DNA of 64,000 nt from contig NC_057755.1 in NCBI RefSeq assembly GCF_004010195.1, positions 5,997,474 to 6,061,473 on the forward strand, read 5' to 3'. Source of the stretch: Chiloscyllium plagiosum. Lineage: Eukaryota. A program made the translations under genes and the position numbers. A model generated the notes under the pieces. The model saw only the letters and a program-made list of their open reading frames with translations, made no database searches and was not told the origin of the DNA. Of this stretch, positions 37,100 to 49,770 are shown piece by piece (within the stretch, counting starts at the first letter, position 1; every line of letters begins with the position of its first letter).

Positions 37100-38120
37100 A
37101 GATTCACCAGGATGTTGCAGGGAGTGGAATGTTTGCCTTATAATGAGAGTCTGTGATTTTTCTTAACACTGGAGTATTAATGGATGAAGTGTTTCCCTAT
37201 GGAGGTTCATAAAACCATGATGGTAACAAATAGTCTGAATAACAGGTAGGTTTTCCTAAGGGTGGGGATTTCAAGATAAGGATACAGTTTCTTTTTAACA
37301 CAAGAGGAGAAAGATTTAATAGGGACATGCGGGGAAAGGTTTTTAGACAGTGGTCTGTACGTGGAATGAACTGCGAGAGGAACTGATAGATATGGTTACA
37401 AATGCAAAACCTAATTAATATTTAAATAAATTCATGAATAGGGAGGGTTTGGAGGGATATGGGCCAAGCACAGGCAGACGTGATGAGACCGGTTTGGGAC
37501 ATTGTCGTGGACTGGTTCAAATGAAATGTCTGTATGACTCTGACTCTGTGTCTCTATGACTGACTTTTCTCTTTGGTCCAAATTTACAAGTAAACTATAG
37601 ATCCTGAGGTGACTTCCTCAAGGGTTGATCGTGTTCCATCGCTGTTCCTTTTTAGTAAATAAATTGTGAAAATGAGGATGTGACTCAACACTTTTAAAAA
37701 TGATTGCTCAGAACGTATGGTGAGTGTGTATTCATTTCTGAATATCTTATTTACGGAAGAATGTTAGCTCCGGGGAGAGTTCAAAGGGAATTTACCGGAA
37801 ATACACCAGGAATGAGGGATTTTAGACACAAGCAAAGATTGGGTAGATAGGGTTTATTCCCCCGAGGGCAGAGAGCTTTAAAATGTAATGTTATTGAGGC
37901 GTTCAAAATTATGAGCAATTTTGAAAGCTTAAAGAAGGATATTATGTTTCCACTAGTTGATATGTCAGTAACGAGGGGTCATAACTTCAAGACTGCCAAC
38001 CATAACGCTAAAACTGAGATGAGGAGCAACTTCTTTATTCAAGGAGTTAATTGAATTTGGAATTGCTGTCTGAGAGACTGGTGGAGGCAGATTTTGCAGG
38101 GGGTTGAGCAAGAGAGCTTC
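37100..38120 (+). mobile_element. Two CR1-like 3' fragments
   Basis: gattcaccaggatgttg..tgactctgactct tail (37100-37560); a second fragment at 37690-38120 resembles 26880-27270. Confidence 0.7.
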
Positions 38121-38121
38121 A

Positions 38122-38124
38122 TAT

Positions 38125-38168
<44 letters not shown>

Positions 38169-38195
38169 CACACACATATATATGTAATATATATA
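38122..38195. repeat. (TA)n/(CA)n microsatellite
   Basis: Direct reading. Confidence 0.95.
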
Positions 38196-41100
38196 ATCCA
38201 TTTGACAGTGATGAAGTTTGAGATAGAACCCCAGAATGGGACGAGCTGAGCGGTTGTTTTGTGAGCCAATCCTGACATCAGGGGTGGAATGGTCCCTTTC
38301 GAATCTGTAACATTGTCTTATGCAGCAACAATGAAATTCCCCTATCATTAATGTTTTTGGATTATCACACTGTCTTGGGAAAACAAACAAAATAACCAAG
38401 ACCTCTTCCACTCTATTTGCATTTACTTCTGTCGGGCAGAAGATACAAAGGTGTCTAAACAGAAACTAACAGATATGAGAGTATCTTCTTCCGAACTGTT
38501 ACTGGACATTGGAACTGATCTTTCATATACTTGATAATTTGTCTCTCCACCTTCAGTTTTGCTGAAACACGAAATACAGCAGTCTGCTGTATTACGCTGA
38601 TGAATTGATGTATTGTATCATTTATCTGGATGTAACACAAAATAATATTTTTTCACTGTATCTCGATCGATGTGATAAAAATAACTCAAATCAAATCGAA
38701 CTACTCAACTGACCTCGTGATGGAATAATGCTTATCTTCAATTGAAATGACAATCCTGTTTGAATATTCACTGAGTAGAACATATACTGGAACTGATAGT
38801 GTCTATATGAAGCTCTGAATAACAATAATACTTAAACATTAAAACAGGTTTCCCGATCTATATACAATATTAGTATCAGTACATACGTGTGTTATGCTTT
38901 TTTTTTTGCGGTGGTGATAAGTATTTTACTTGAGGAGAATGAATTGAATGTATTGGGTATACACGTCTGCAATGCCAACAATGTCCTGGGAACATTTTTG
39001 AAGCAAGGAACTCGCACATAGCTGCGCCAAAATTCAAAGCACGAGGCTGTGCTCGAGATTTACTTTTTTTAAAAAATGAATGATTTTATCCATATGCTGT
39101 AGTCCTTCCTTTGCCTTTTCGATGAGATGATTGTTCAGGCCAATACTGAATTATTGGTGCATAATATAAGGAGGATTCCCAAAAACAAGACAACATTTAT
39201 GTCAATGTTGCAATTTTTCTTCCTGGAGCAATTTCTGCTTCCATGTTCCAAATTTCATTCGCTTTGTGCTGCGCATCTGCGTCTAAACTATTTAACTCTT
39301 CCCTCATCCCCTCTTTGACCATTGGAAGGTGACTATTCATTTGATCAGTGCCAAGAATTAAACCATGTTTAATTTCCTGTTCCTCTTCCCAGCTACATCC
39401 CTTTTCCCTCACCGTTGCGTGACGAATTAGACAAATCAGATTCTTGTTTTAAAAGTTGAAATGCACCCCCAAAATACTATTTCCTGTGTCAGTTCAGAGA
39501 TTACATCAATTTCTGCTTTGGTGAAGGACATCTTTTCTCTTTCCAAAGCTGATGACAAAGTTCCAAATATTTAATAAATCATGCAGTTTGTTGAATTCCA
39601 CGATAGGGAAATTGTTGCCTGTGTTAATACGACGCCCCATCATTGTGCAACGAATCCTTTGGAGTTCAGTTTCATGGCGATAAATCCGAGAGCTCCTGGC
39701 TGATACTTTATGAGATTTCTTTGGGAATATTGCATTTGCAGTATTGATCAAAATTGTGACATGGGGTACTTACTGACATATATAAAAAGATATTCCCAGG
39801 AAAGTCTTCCATCAGTAACTCTACATAAGTAGTTGCTTACTTCAAACATTGAAACACATTGCATACAAAGTAGAAAACCAATGGCACAGAAACTGGGAGC
39901 AACAATCAAACGTGTATTGTTTCCTAAGAGGTCGAACAATATTTCAGTGACAAATCAATACATCAGTGGTAACAAATGGAAGACCGACAAGATCACCATA
40001 TAATATTCTCACACAGTTTAAAATGAAACTGGCCTGTTGTGTGCATTTGCAGTTTCCGGAACTCCTGCATATGAGAAAGTTATTCCTGTACTAATAATGT
40101 GTCCTGTCATTGTGCAAGGATTCTGTCAGCTTCCAGTTCTGTGGCGCGAAAGTCGCCAAGCCAATCATAAATAACTTGTGAGATTTATTTGAGAAGTTTG
40201 AGCTTGCAGCATTTATCAGCATTAGGTTTTCATTGTTTTTTTTTTATAACAAGAGAATACAACAGTGACATAGATTAATTCCCGTGACATTCGGTCTGTA
40301 CTTGGTACTCAGCCTCAAAAGCACAACTATAATAAACGTTAAAAGACAAAACGCCTTGAAGCTGTACTGTCACAACAATGGTTTTGCTGAGTCGAACATC
40401 ACAGACTCAACGATAGAAGTACTCCATGTTCCCAGGTTCAATTGTATCCTGTTTAATGTTTGCATTGTAATTTTGCATGGTCTCAGGTTTGGCGAGTTTT
40501 TGTTTTCTCTGGAATGGAATTGCAACGTGAAACTGTGGACAACTATAAATATAGAGAGGTAACTGACATAATAGTAAATGTGTTGCAACGTAGAATGAGG
40601 GCTTTTGACCTATATGCTATTTCATTGCACGTTATCAACTTAATCGTGGCAGCAATAAGACAACATTCCGAGACCAGTTCTCCAAGATGCTGCAATTATA
40701 ACGTATGAACGAAGTACAAGTGAGAGTGAAGACAAAAATATGACTTGACTGAATGGAAAGACGTTCATTGCATTTATATACTCAGTATTAGTATCTTACA
40801 TTAACTGCATATTGTAGTTAGGTTGAACTGTGAAGCGTTCTCGATTTTTCAATACGCTTTCAGTTACATGCATGGTCACCTTATAATAATTGCAGACAAT
40901 TGTACAAAATATGACAACCCATTTAATTATTATTCTCAAGAGAGGACTGTACCGGTGTATCGGTTAATGTGTGTATATATATCTTTCGATATGCTCAACA
41001 ATTTTCCAAACAAATAATTCAAATACGAAGTCTTGTCCAATCATGGCAGTGCTGTACACGAGGGATACACCAATCAGCCAAGTCATGTTTCATGATGTAA

Positions 41101-41599
41101 TGTGGTCACCTGAAAAATCCTTGCAGATGAAATGATTGTCAGATAGACGGATCATCAGAGTAGTGGGAGTAGATTGCGGGATAGCGTGACAGAATACATT
41201 TTATACTGTCATAACGCAGCTGTATGATGTACAGGCAGATGGTAAGGAAGGATCTCACAGAGTGCTGCATGTGTGATTGATTGGTGTTTGATCGTTGTAT
41301 TTGATGATGGCTGACTTGGATTACTTAAAAAATAAAATTCATAGAAATGCAGGCCAATTGTGGCTTTTCCTTCTTCTTGTTAATTGCACATTTGTTCGTT
41401 GTTCATCTGAAAATGTTAAAAGTCGTACTTGTACTGGCGTGATCATTTCCAATATTTACCATCCTGAAGCGTAAAAGCTGTCCCTAATTTCCTACCATTG
41501 TCTATTGGAAATGCTGCCAAAATTTGACCATAGTTTACTGAACTTCATGATGTTGTCAAATATAAATCCGGCATTCATGGCCTGGAAACACAACTACTC

Positions 41600-41778
41600 A
41601 GAGTCGAGACGGTGTTACTGGAAAAGCACAGCCAGTCAGGCAGCATCCAAGGACCAGGGGAATCGAGGTTTGAGCATCAGCTCTTCATCATGATGAATCT
41701 CCTGATCCTCAAATATTGCCTGAACGCCTGTGCTTTTCCAGCACCACACTCAAGCATCTGAAGTCCCCACTATCTCCC
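41600..41778. mobile_element. Fold-back PLE-derived short element downstream of gene B
   Basis: ctggaaaagcacag..tcaggcagcat..cagg vs cctg..atattgcctga..ctgtgcttttccag inverted arms, with a decayed hammerhead in the loop. Confidence 0.75.
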
Positions 41779-41838
41779 AACACTATAACTTAGTCGGCTG
41801 CACTGTTAGATCTGCAGGTCATTGATTCATTGAATTAT

Positions 41839-42710
41839 TTAAGTGACCAGAGTTTGAAAAGCTTTCTTGATTTTCTCCCTGAACTTGGACTGAGTCGCAG
41901 CATAAATAAATGTGTTTGTGCAACAACTTAAATGCTGGCACATGAATCCTAAATCTTGCAATATCACTATTGACTCGCTGTAATCTGTTCCCCCAAGTGT
42001 ATAACGAAAGAAATTTAAAACAAACATAAACCACAGAAGTATGAAGCTACCCGAAATTGTGAAAAGTAAAATGACAGACTTCTTCCTGCTTTCCATCTCC
42101 GGATCGGTCTTTTTCTCTCCATTCCTGCGGGTTTTCAATTCCTTACGGACTCGGCTGGATGCTAAAATGTATCTTACAGTCAAAGCGTTTATCAACAGTA
42201 ATAGAGCGAATGGGAGCAGTGGGGTTAAAATCTGACGAAAGCTGTCATAGCCCACCCATACAGGATCAGTATAAAAGTTCTCTTTTACAAAACAAAACCA
42301 GGGCATATTTTCAACAATTGTCCAAGGCACATAAATAAAGTACATGGGGATGTTTTTGAAACAAAGCAGAATGCAGGTTGTTGAAAGCACGACAGCTGCA
42401 GTTTTCTCTGTGCAAAATCGTGCTCTCAGTTTATGGCAACAAACAGCTACAAATCGATCAAATGAGAAAGCGATAGTGAACCAGACAGAACAGTCTATGA
42501 CTGCATAACACAAGGTATAGTGAACACTACATACAGGAGTGATGTTCAGGAAGAACGGTGATGCTTGGTAATAATAAATAACATATCTCAATATGACCTC
42601 AAATATCACGACGAGAAGATCCGCCAATGCCATAGCCAACATGTAACGAGTGGTGCACTTTGAAATGCCACAATGTCCACGGGAGAGAATCAGAATTGCC
42701 AGTAAATTAA
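41839..42710 (-). CDS. Intact GPR139-like GPCR gene B (copy 6), exon 2; spliced protein 314 aa
   Basis: tacag|TT AAT TTA CTG GCA..NLLAILILSRGHCGISKCTTRY continues in frame into ORF 41839..42642. Motifs AMALADLL, TPVC, FSFDRFVAVC, PWFC, DPEMESRKKS, SGSFILLW, CCTNTFIYA. Confidence 0.93.
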
Positions 42711-43009
42711 CTGTATGAGAACGAAAGGGGAAAACGCTGACATTAACTTAGCAAATGTGTTGTGTGTCTGACGCAGTCAGTGCAGCAGACTGGAGCACTG
42801 AATATGAGAACCTGAACTCAATTGAGGATTTCTGGTGCAGTAGATTGTGAACATCCCAACAGTATTATTAAAATAATTTTAGACTTACCAGGTTTTCAGA
42901 TAGTAGAGAGAATGAGTAACGTTTCCCTCAATCAGTGCCTCACTGAGTGTGGGAAATGTACAGGCTTATCCCTGAGCCATGCACGGGATGTTTTGAGGAA
43001 CAGATTTGA

Positions 43010-43610
43010 TCTTAAGACCATAAGACCAGAAGACATAGGAGTGGAATTAAGGCCATTCGGTCCATCGAGTCCACTCCGCCATTCAATCATGGCTGATGGG
43101 CATTTCAACTCCACTTACCCGCATTCTCACCGTAGCCCTTAATTTCTTGTGGCATCTTGATTTATTAGTTCAATGGGCTGTGGAGTGGAAGGTTGAGTTT
43201 AACTTGGATAAAAATGATGTATTACATTTTGGTAAAGCAAACCATCTTAAGACTTATACAATTGAAAGTAGAACCTTTGGTAGTGTTGTAAAACACAGAA
43301 ACCTTGGCGTTCAAATTCCTCATTCTTTGATGTTTTTGCCAAATTTAAACAGGGTAGTTCAGATGGTTTATAACACACTTACCTTCATTGTTCAGAATTC
43401 TGAGAATAGGAGTTGTGATCTCATGCTGATTTGGTGCAGAATAATGATGAGGTCTCTGCTGTCGTACTATGTCCAGTGCTGCTCGTGCTGCTTTTGGAAG
43501 AATGTTATTAGCCTGGCGAGTGTTGAAAAAAGATTTAACAGGATGGTGCTGTGAAAAGGAGCTTCGAGTTGCATGGAAATGCTGGATAAATGGGCATTTT
43601 TTCATGGAGC
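43010..43610. mobile_element. CR1 3' tail (minus, 43010-43145) and CR1 ORF2 fragment (plus, 43150-43610) in the intron of gene B
   Basis: taagaccataagacc tail; WAVEWKVEFNLDK..VLHFG. Confidence 0.72.
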
Positions 43611-43684
43611 GTAGGAGTTCGCGAGATGACATGTCTTTTTCCTTTGTTTCGATGAAATGGGACTGCTTTGCATTTTTCTCATTG

Positions 43685-45417
43685 GACAGAAAATAGGGCC
43701 CCTCAAAGACCAGTAAGTGGGACTTTGCGTGGAGCCGCAGAAAATGGAGGTGATGTTAAATGAGTATTTTGCATCTGTATTTACTGCGGAAAAGGATATG
43801 TAAGATATAGACAGTAGGGAAATAGATCGTGACATGTTGCAAAATGTCCAGATTACCTAGCAGGAAGTGTTGGATGTATTCAAACGGGTAAAGATGGATA
43901 AATACCCTGGATCTGATTAGGTGTACCTGAGAACTCAGTGGGAAGCTCGAGAAGTGATTGCTGGGCCTCTTGTATCATCGATAGATGACGTGCCGGAAGA
44001 GCGGAGGTTGGCAAAGTTGGTGTCACTGTTTAAGAAGGGTGGTAAGGACAAGCCAGAGAACGATAGACAAGTGAGCCTGACGTCGGTGGTGGTCAAGTTG
44101 TTGGAGAGAATCCTGAGGAACAAGATGTACATGTATTTGGTAAAGCAAGGACTGATTATGGACAGTGAACATGGCTTTGCGCGCGGGAAATCATGTCTCA
44201 CAAACTTGATTGAGATTTTGAGGGATTAACAAAGAGGATTGATGATGGCAGAACGGTAGATCTGATCTATATGAACTTCAGTGAGACGTTCGACAAGGTT
44301 CCCCATAGGACATTGGTTAGCAAGATTAGATCACATAGAATAAATGGAAAACCAGCCAATTGGATACAGAACTGTCTCTAAGGTAGAACTCAGAGGGTGG
44401 GATGGAGGGCTGTTTTTCAGACTGGTGGCCTGTGGACAGTAGAGTGCTGCAAGGATCGCTGCCGTGTCCTCTGCTTTTTGTCATTTACATTAAAAATTTG
44501 GATGCGATCATAAGAGGCACAGTTAGGATACTTGCAAATGATGTCAAAATGCGATGTGTAGTGAACAGCAAAGAGGGTTACCTCAGATTACAACAGGATC
44601 TTGACCCGATGGGCTAATGGGCTGAGAAGTGGCAGATGGAGTTTAATTCAGATAAATGCGAGACGCTGCATTTTGGGAAAGCAAAACTTAGCAGGACATA
44701 TACACTTAATAGTAATGTCCTAGGCAATGTTGCTGAATAGAGAGACCTTGAAGTTCAGGTTCGTAGCTCTTTTAACGTGGAGTCTCCGTTAGATAGGATA
44801 GTGAAGAAGGCGTTTGGTATGTTTTCTTTTATTGAGTACAACAATTGGGAGGTCATGTTGCGGCTGTACAGGACATTGGTTATGCCACTGTTGGAATATT
44901 GTGTGCAATTCTGGTCTCCTTCCTATCGGAAAGGTGTTGTGAAACTTGAAAGCTTGCAGAAAAGATTTATAAGGATGTTGCCAGTGTTGGAGGATTTGAG
45001 CTATGAGCAGAGGCTGAACAGGCTGGGGCTGTTTTCCCTGGAGCATCGAAGGCTGAGAGGTGACCTTATAGAATTATATAAAATTATGAAGGTCATGGAT
45101 AGTATAACTAAACAAAGCATTTTCCCTGGGGTGGGGGAGTCCAGAACTAGAGTGCATAGGTGTAGGGTGAGAGGGGAAAGATAGAGAAGAGACCTACGGG
45201 GCAACATTTTCGTAGAGAGGATGTAACCTGTATGGAATGAGCTGCCAGATGAGATGGTGGAGGCTGGAACATTTGCAAAATTTAAGAGGCATATTGGCCG
45301 GGTGCTGGCAGGTGGGGCTAGATTGGTTTGGAATATCTGGTCGGCGTGGATGGGTTGGACCGAAGGGTCTGTTTCCATGCTGTGCATCTCTATGACTGTG
45401 ACTCTATGACTATGACT
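43685..45417 (+). mobile_element. 5'-truncated HER1/CR1 LINE with intact 3' end, in the intron of gene B
   Basis: RQVSLTS, HGFARGKSCLTNL, LEYCVQFWSP, RRLRGDLIE; 3' gaagggtctgtttccatgctg followed by ctatga/tgactc repeats. Same family as 30380-31490. Confidence 0.92.
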
Positions 45418-45799
45418 GTAAGAATATCTGAATGTGCTGACAAAACAAAAGCAGGATTAAAACGTGAAGGCAGAGATGAGATACAAACATGTGGAATCTA
45501 ATTACACCACGTTCCATTCGACACCTGACCACCTTTTACCATTTATCATAGTCTTATTCTGCTTTTTAAAAAAGGACTTAACCCCAATTTTACCGAACGC
45601 GAATTCAGCAGATTCATGAACATTGGGTCAGAAATAATTATTCTCAACTCAGCTTCACATGTGCTGCATGTCGTAACTGCTCAAAATACGTAATTCTTTA
45701 ACATCCTGCAGGACAAAAATTCCTTCCGTTTACAGTCAAACAAGAGTTTAAAGGATTTTCTTATATCTGTATGTGTGTGTGTGTCTGTGTGTATGCATG

Positions 45800-46360
45800 T
45801 GCGTATAGTTAGCACGAAAATTGACTCTTCAGTTCAACTCGTTCATGCTAACCACATATCTGAGATTAATCTAGTTCGATTTGCCAGAATTTGAACCGTA
45901 TCCCTCTAAACATTGTCTATCATATACGCATACAGATATTTTTTTTAAATATGATCATTCCATCAAGCCCAACCACCTCCTTTGGCAGCTCATTCCATGC
46001 AGCACCACGCTCTGCATGACAAAAAGAGTACCCGTTTGGTCCCGTTTAAAACTTTCCCCTCTCACCTGAAACCTATGCCTTCTTCTTCAGAACCATTCCA
46101 CCCCAGGGATAAGACATTGTCTATTTAGCTTATCCATGCAAAACATGGTTTTATACACCTCCACAACGTTATCTCTGAGCTTCTGATGCTCGTGTGAAAA
46201 CAATCCAAATCTATTCAGTGTGTCCCTGATTCTCAAACCTTCAAACCCTGGCAGCTTTCTTGTCAATTTTCTCAGAACCCTTTCACATATCCAAACATCC
46301 TACATATATCTTGGTGTCCCAGGACTCAGAAACCAGGCTGGAGTACAATGCAAATTATTT
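45800..46360 (-). mobile_element. CR1/HER1 3' fragment
   Basis: accacctcctttggcagctcattccat, tttcccctctcacct. Confidence 0.7.
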
Positions 46361-47129
46361 CAAAAGAAACGCTCCAAATCTGTGGAAACCCAATGTTTCT
46401 GTAATAATAAAACGGAATTTTACGCCTGTTTACCGACCATTACTATTCTCAGAAGCCTGCGTGCACAAGCACGTACACACACACAAACACACACACACAC
46501 TCGAATATGTCAATCTCAATTTCAACTATATTCTCACCTGAACTATGGTTGAACAGTTACTTTTTTTCTGGTGAATTTTTAAATCCTTCCTCACACTTCT
46601 TTGTCTGTCTGATTGTCGGCAAATGACTTTCACTGGTTACAGCTAAGATTTGGTTAGGCCACAGAAATAAATGACGCTTTGTTGTTTTTTTTCCAATCTC
46701 ACAGAACTACAGCAGTGATGTTACTTGCCGATCATCTTCTAATAAATTCATTATTAATTTGTCAATTGCTCCTATTTGTTAATTTAGTAACTTCACAAAG
46801 CCTCCATTTACATTTCAGACATTGTCACTATGTGAAATTATCACTAGCCACTCAACATAGTATCATCCAGCATTGTGTTCAACTCATAACTTCCATACTC
46901 AAAACACTACCAGAATTCTTCCATAAAAAGTTGTTGTGGACGATGCTGCTCCATGAATGCATTCAGTGATACATGTATGCATATAATAGAACAAAGAACT
47001 ATAAGTGCTGGAAATCTGATACTGAGACAGAAAATTGCTGAGGAAAGTTAGCAGGTCTGGGAGCGTGTGTGGAGAGGGAAAAAACATAGCTGACATTTCG
47101 TTTTCGTCATGACCGTTCTTCAGAAAAGG

Positions 47130-47660
47130 GAAATGATGTATGCTTACTTCAAGGAGCTGGATTTATAAGAGCAGTAAAAACTTATTGGTTCAGCACAAGG
47201 TATTGTTGACACCACATCAGGAGTGTTCTGAATTGTTTTTGTCACCTTCCTGGGAAAAACAAAATGAGTCATTTCATTGAATGCAGTTCGGACAAACACA
47301 AGTAAAATTGCCCCTTCTCTGTTGGGATTGGCTAATGGGAAAAGTTGGGAAACTTCCCACTCGAGATTAGAAGAATGTGAATTGGTTTTGTTGAGTCACA
47401 ATGGATTCTTAAGGAGTTTGACTGGGTAAATGCTCGGAAGATGTTTTCCGTCATTGAAGATTCTCTGGCTAACGTCCATACACATCCAATAAAGGCATGC
47501 CAATTTGCGACGTGATGGAGATTTTTTTCAATGTCTCTAACAGGTTTATGAGTCTTTGGAAGTCCTTACCATGCAGCGTTGTGGCAGCAGAGCTGTTGAA
47601 TACATTTAAAACTGAGGTCGATAGATTCTTGATCAGTTGGGGAATCGAGGGAACGGGAAA
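47130..47660 (+). mobile_element. CR1-like LINE 3' fragment, old
   Basis: SLWKSLPCSVVAAELLNTFKTEVDRFL matches the CR1 ORF2 C-terminus. Confidence 0.7.
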
Positions 47661-48996
47661 GGACAGAATCGCGAATGGAACTATTGTCGTATCAACATTT
47701 ATTCTTTTACCCGGGTGATTAGGTGACAAGATACAACTTTATACACGTTCCACTGTATTCCGTTCTTGACTACTCTGGACAATAAAATCTAAAACCGATT
47801 GTAATTCGACGTGTTTTACTTGGCATGTCTCCAGACCAAAATGAAAACTTCAGTGTAAGACGTTGCAGTGAAGTTGAAAATGAAGTGGTTTTCTCGCGAG
47901 ATAATGACAATACACGGGGCATCCACGCAAAGATTCGAAAGGCCTGACTTCATTGGGAGAAATTTAAATTTTGTTAATTCACATCACTTCAAAGGCATCA
48001 CAATCGCAAAACTTAAAAGGCACCTTGGTGGGGGAATGTCTCAGAAGTAATGGAGGGACATGGGCCAAATACTGGAATGTAGAACTATATTATTTTATGA
48101 TTTCTAGGATTTCAAAGGAAGTGTTTGTTTCCATGCTGCACAAGTATTTGACTCTGTGAATCTATGGCTCTTCTTTTGATGAATACTTGAGTTAAGTTTC
48201 TGATCGATGAGAGCAATGCAATTTCTGAGTTAGATTCCTGCATCATGTCGGAGCAGGACAATCCGGGGTTTGAATCATAAAATTGGCAAAATGCCTCATA
48301 ATGGCAATTGTTGTTAAGGTTGAGTTAGGTCACTCTGCACGTGAAGCAAACATATATCATTCAACTTCGAGATTTCGCTCTTCGCATAACGTTTGTGAAT
48401 GATCCATTCTGGACAGTTATTTATTGATGGAACGTAAGTTACAGGGCTGGTGGGATTGGCACTTCAGCGGAAGCCATTTATCGATATGAAAAATTCACTG
48501 TTTATTAAAACAAATCTGCAATTATAAATACATTTTTATAAAAAGACGTGCAGCGCAATGGAACAGGAAAGGTGACTGAAATATAGGATATTATACAATT
48601 ACACCATCTTAATTAATTTCAGTCAGAAGATAACCTCTACTGTAGTTGCACAGATGTAAAACCACAATAATCAAACTGCACTAAGGAAAGCTATTGTAAT
48701 CGAAACACTGAACCACACATCGAAGAAATTAATAGGAATACTTTGTTCCAAGAATGTCTTTCTGAGAGTGCCTGCATTAGCTGATGTCCAACTCAGAAAT
48801 ACATAGTGTTACATAAAATCGATGCAAGCAAACATTTGATCAACAAGTAGTAACTCGATATCACGTAAAGAGATGGATAAAATTACAGAGACAACAAATG
48901 AACGTTCGGTATTGGATCTGTATCATAGTGGTCCACAGGTAACAGTATCAAGCATGGTGTAAATTTTACAAGTCTTCGATTATAATTCTCACTTAC

Positions 48997-49069
48997 CAGG
49001 CACACCCACGGCAGCAAGGATCATGTAGTACACTTTCTTGAGCTCGTACATTTGAAGCAATTTCTGCAT
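48997..49069 (-). CDS. Gene B exon 1: MQKLLQMYELKKVYYMILAAVGVP, phase-1 donor
   Basis: ATG CAG AAA..GTG GGT GTG CCT G|gtaagt. The 73 nt join in frame (G|TT = Val) to 42710 across a 6286-nt intron. Same KVYY..GVP pattern as gene A exon 1. Confidence 0.9.
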
Positions 49070-49144
49070 TAATATGCGTCAATTTGTACTGCAACCAATC
49101 CGTCTGCGTTTCTGTTGTTATTGAAGAAATGATAGATCCATTAA

Positions 49145-49150
49145 TTTATA
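49145..49150 (-). promoter_or_regulatory. TATA box of gene B
   Basis: TATAAA on the minus strand, starting 81 nt upstream of the ATG; spacing similar to gene A. Confidence 0.6.
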
Positions 49151-49369
49151 CCTCATGAACTCTCCATAGAAATATTGTGCTTATGACAATTATCAACGTC
49201 ATGTTTTCCACGAACAAAACAAAGATAAACAGATTACAACAACCTGTCAGATTCCATTTCATTGACGTGACACGTCGCACACGCACACAATTACGCAACA
49301 ACGATAAAGGAAAATGATTAATTCGCAATCTCACAACAATAGTGTTTTCCACTCGAGCATCACAGATAC

Positions 49370-49770
49370 TCATAGAGATGTACAGAATGGATACAGACCC
49401 TTCAGTCCAACCCGTCCATGCCGACCAGATATCCCAACACAATCTACTTGAACCCTTTCAAGTTTCACAAGATCTTTCCGATAGGAAGGAGAACACAATT
49501 GCATACAATATTCCAACAGTGGAAGAATCAATGTCCTGTCGAACCGCAATATGACTCCCAAATCCTGTACTCAATACCCTTCTCAATAAAAGAAAGCATA
49601 ACAAACGCCTTCTTCATTATCCTATCTGCCTGTGACTCCACTTTCAAGGAGCTATGAACCTGCACTACAAGATTTCTTTGTTCAGCAACACTCTCTAGGA
49701 CTTTTCTATTGAGTGTACAACTCCTGCTAAGATTTGCTTTCACAGAATGCAGCACCTCGCATGTATCTGT
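49370..49770 (-). mobile_element. HER1/CR1 fragments with 3' tail
   Basis: LLEYCMQLCSPSYRKDLVKLERVQ joined to the 3' tail; internally deleted. Confidence 0.8.
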
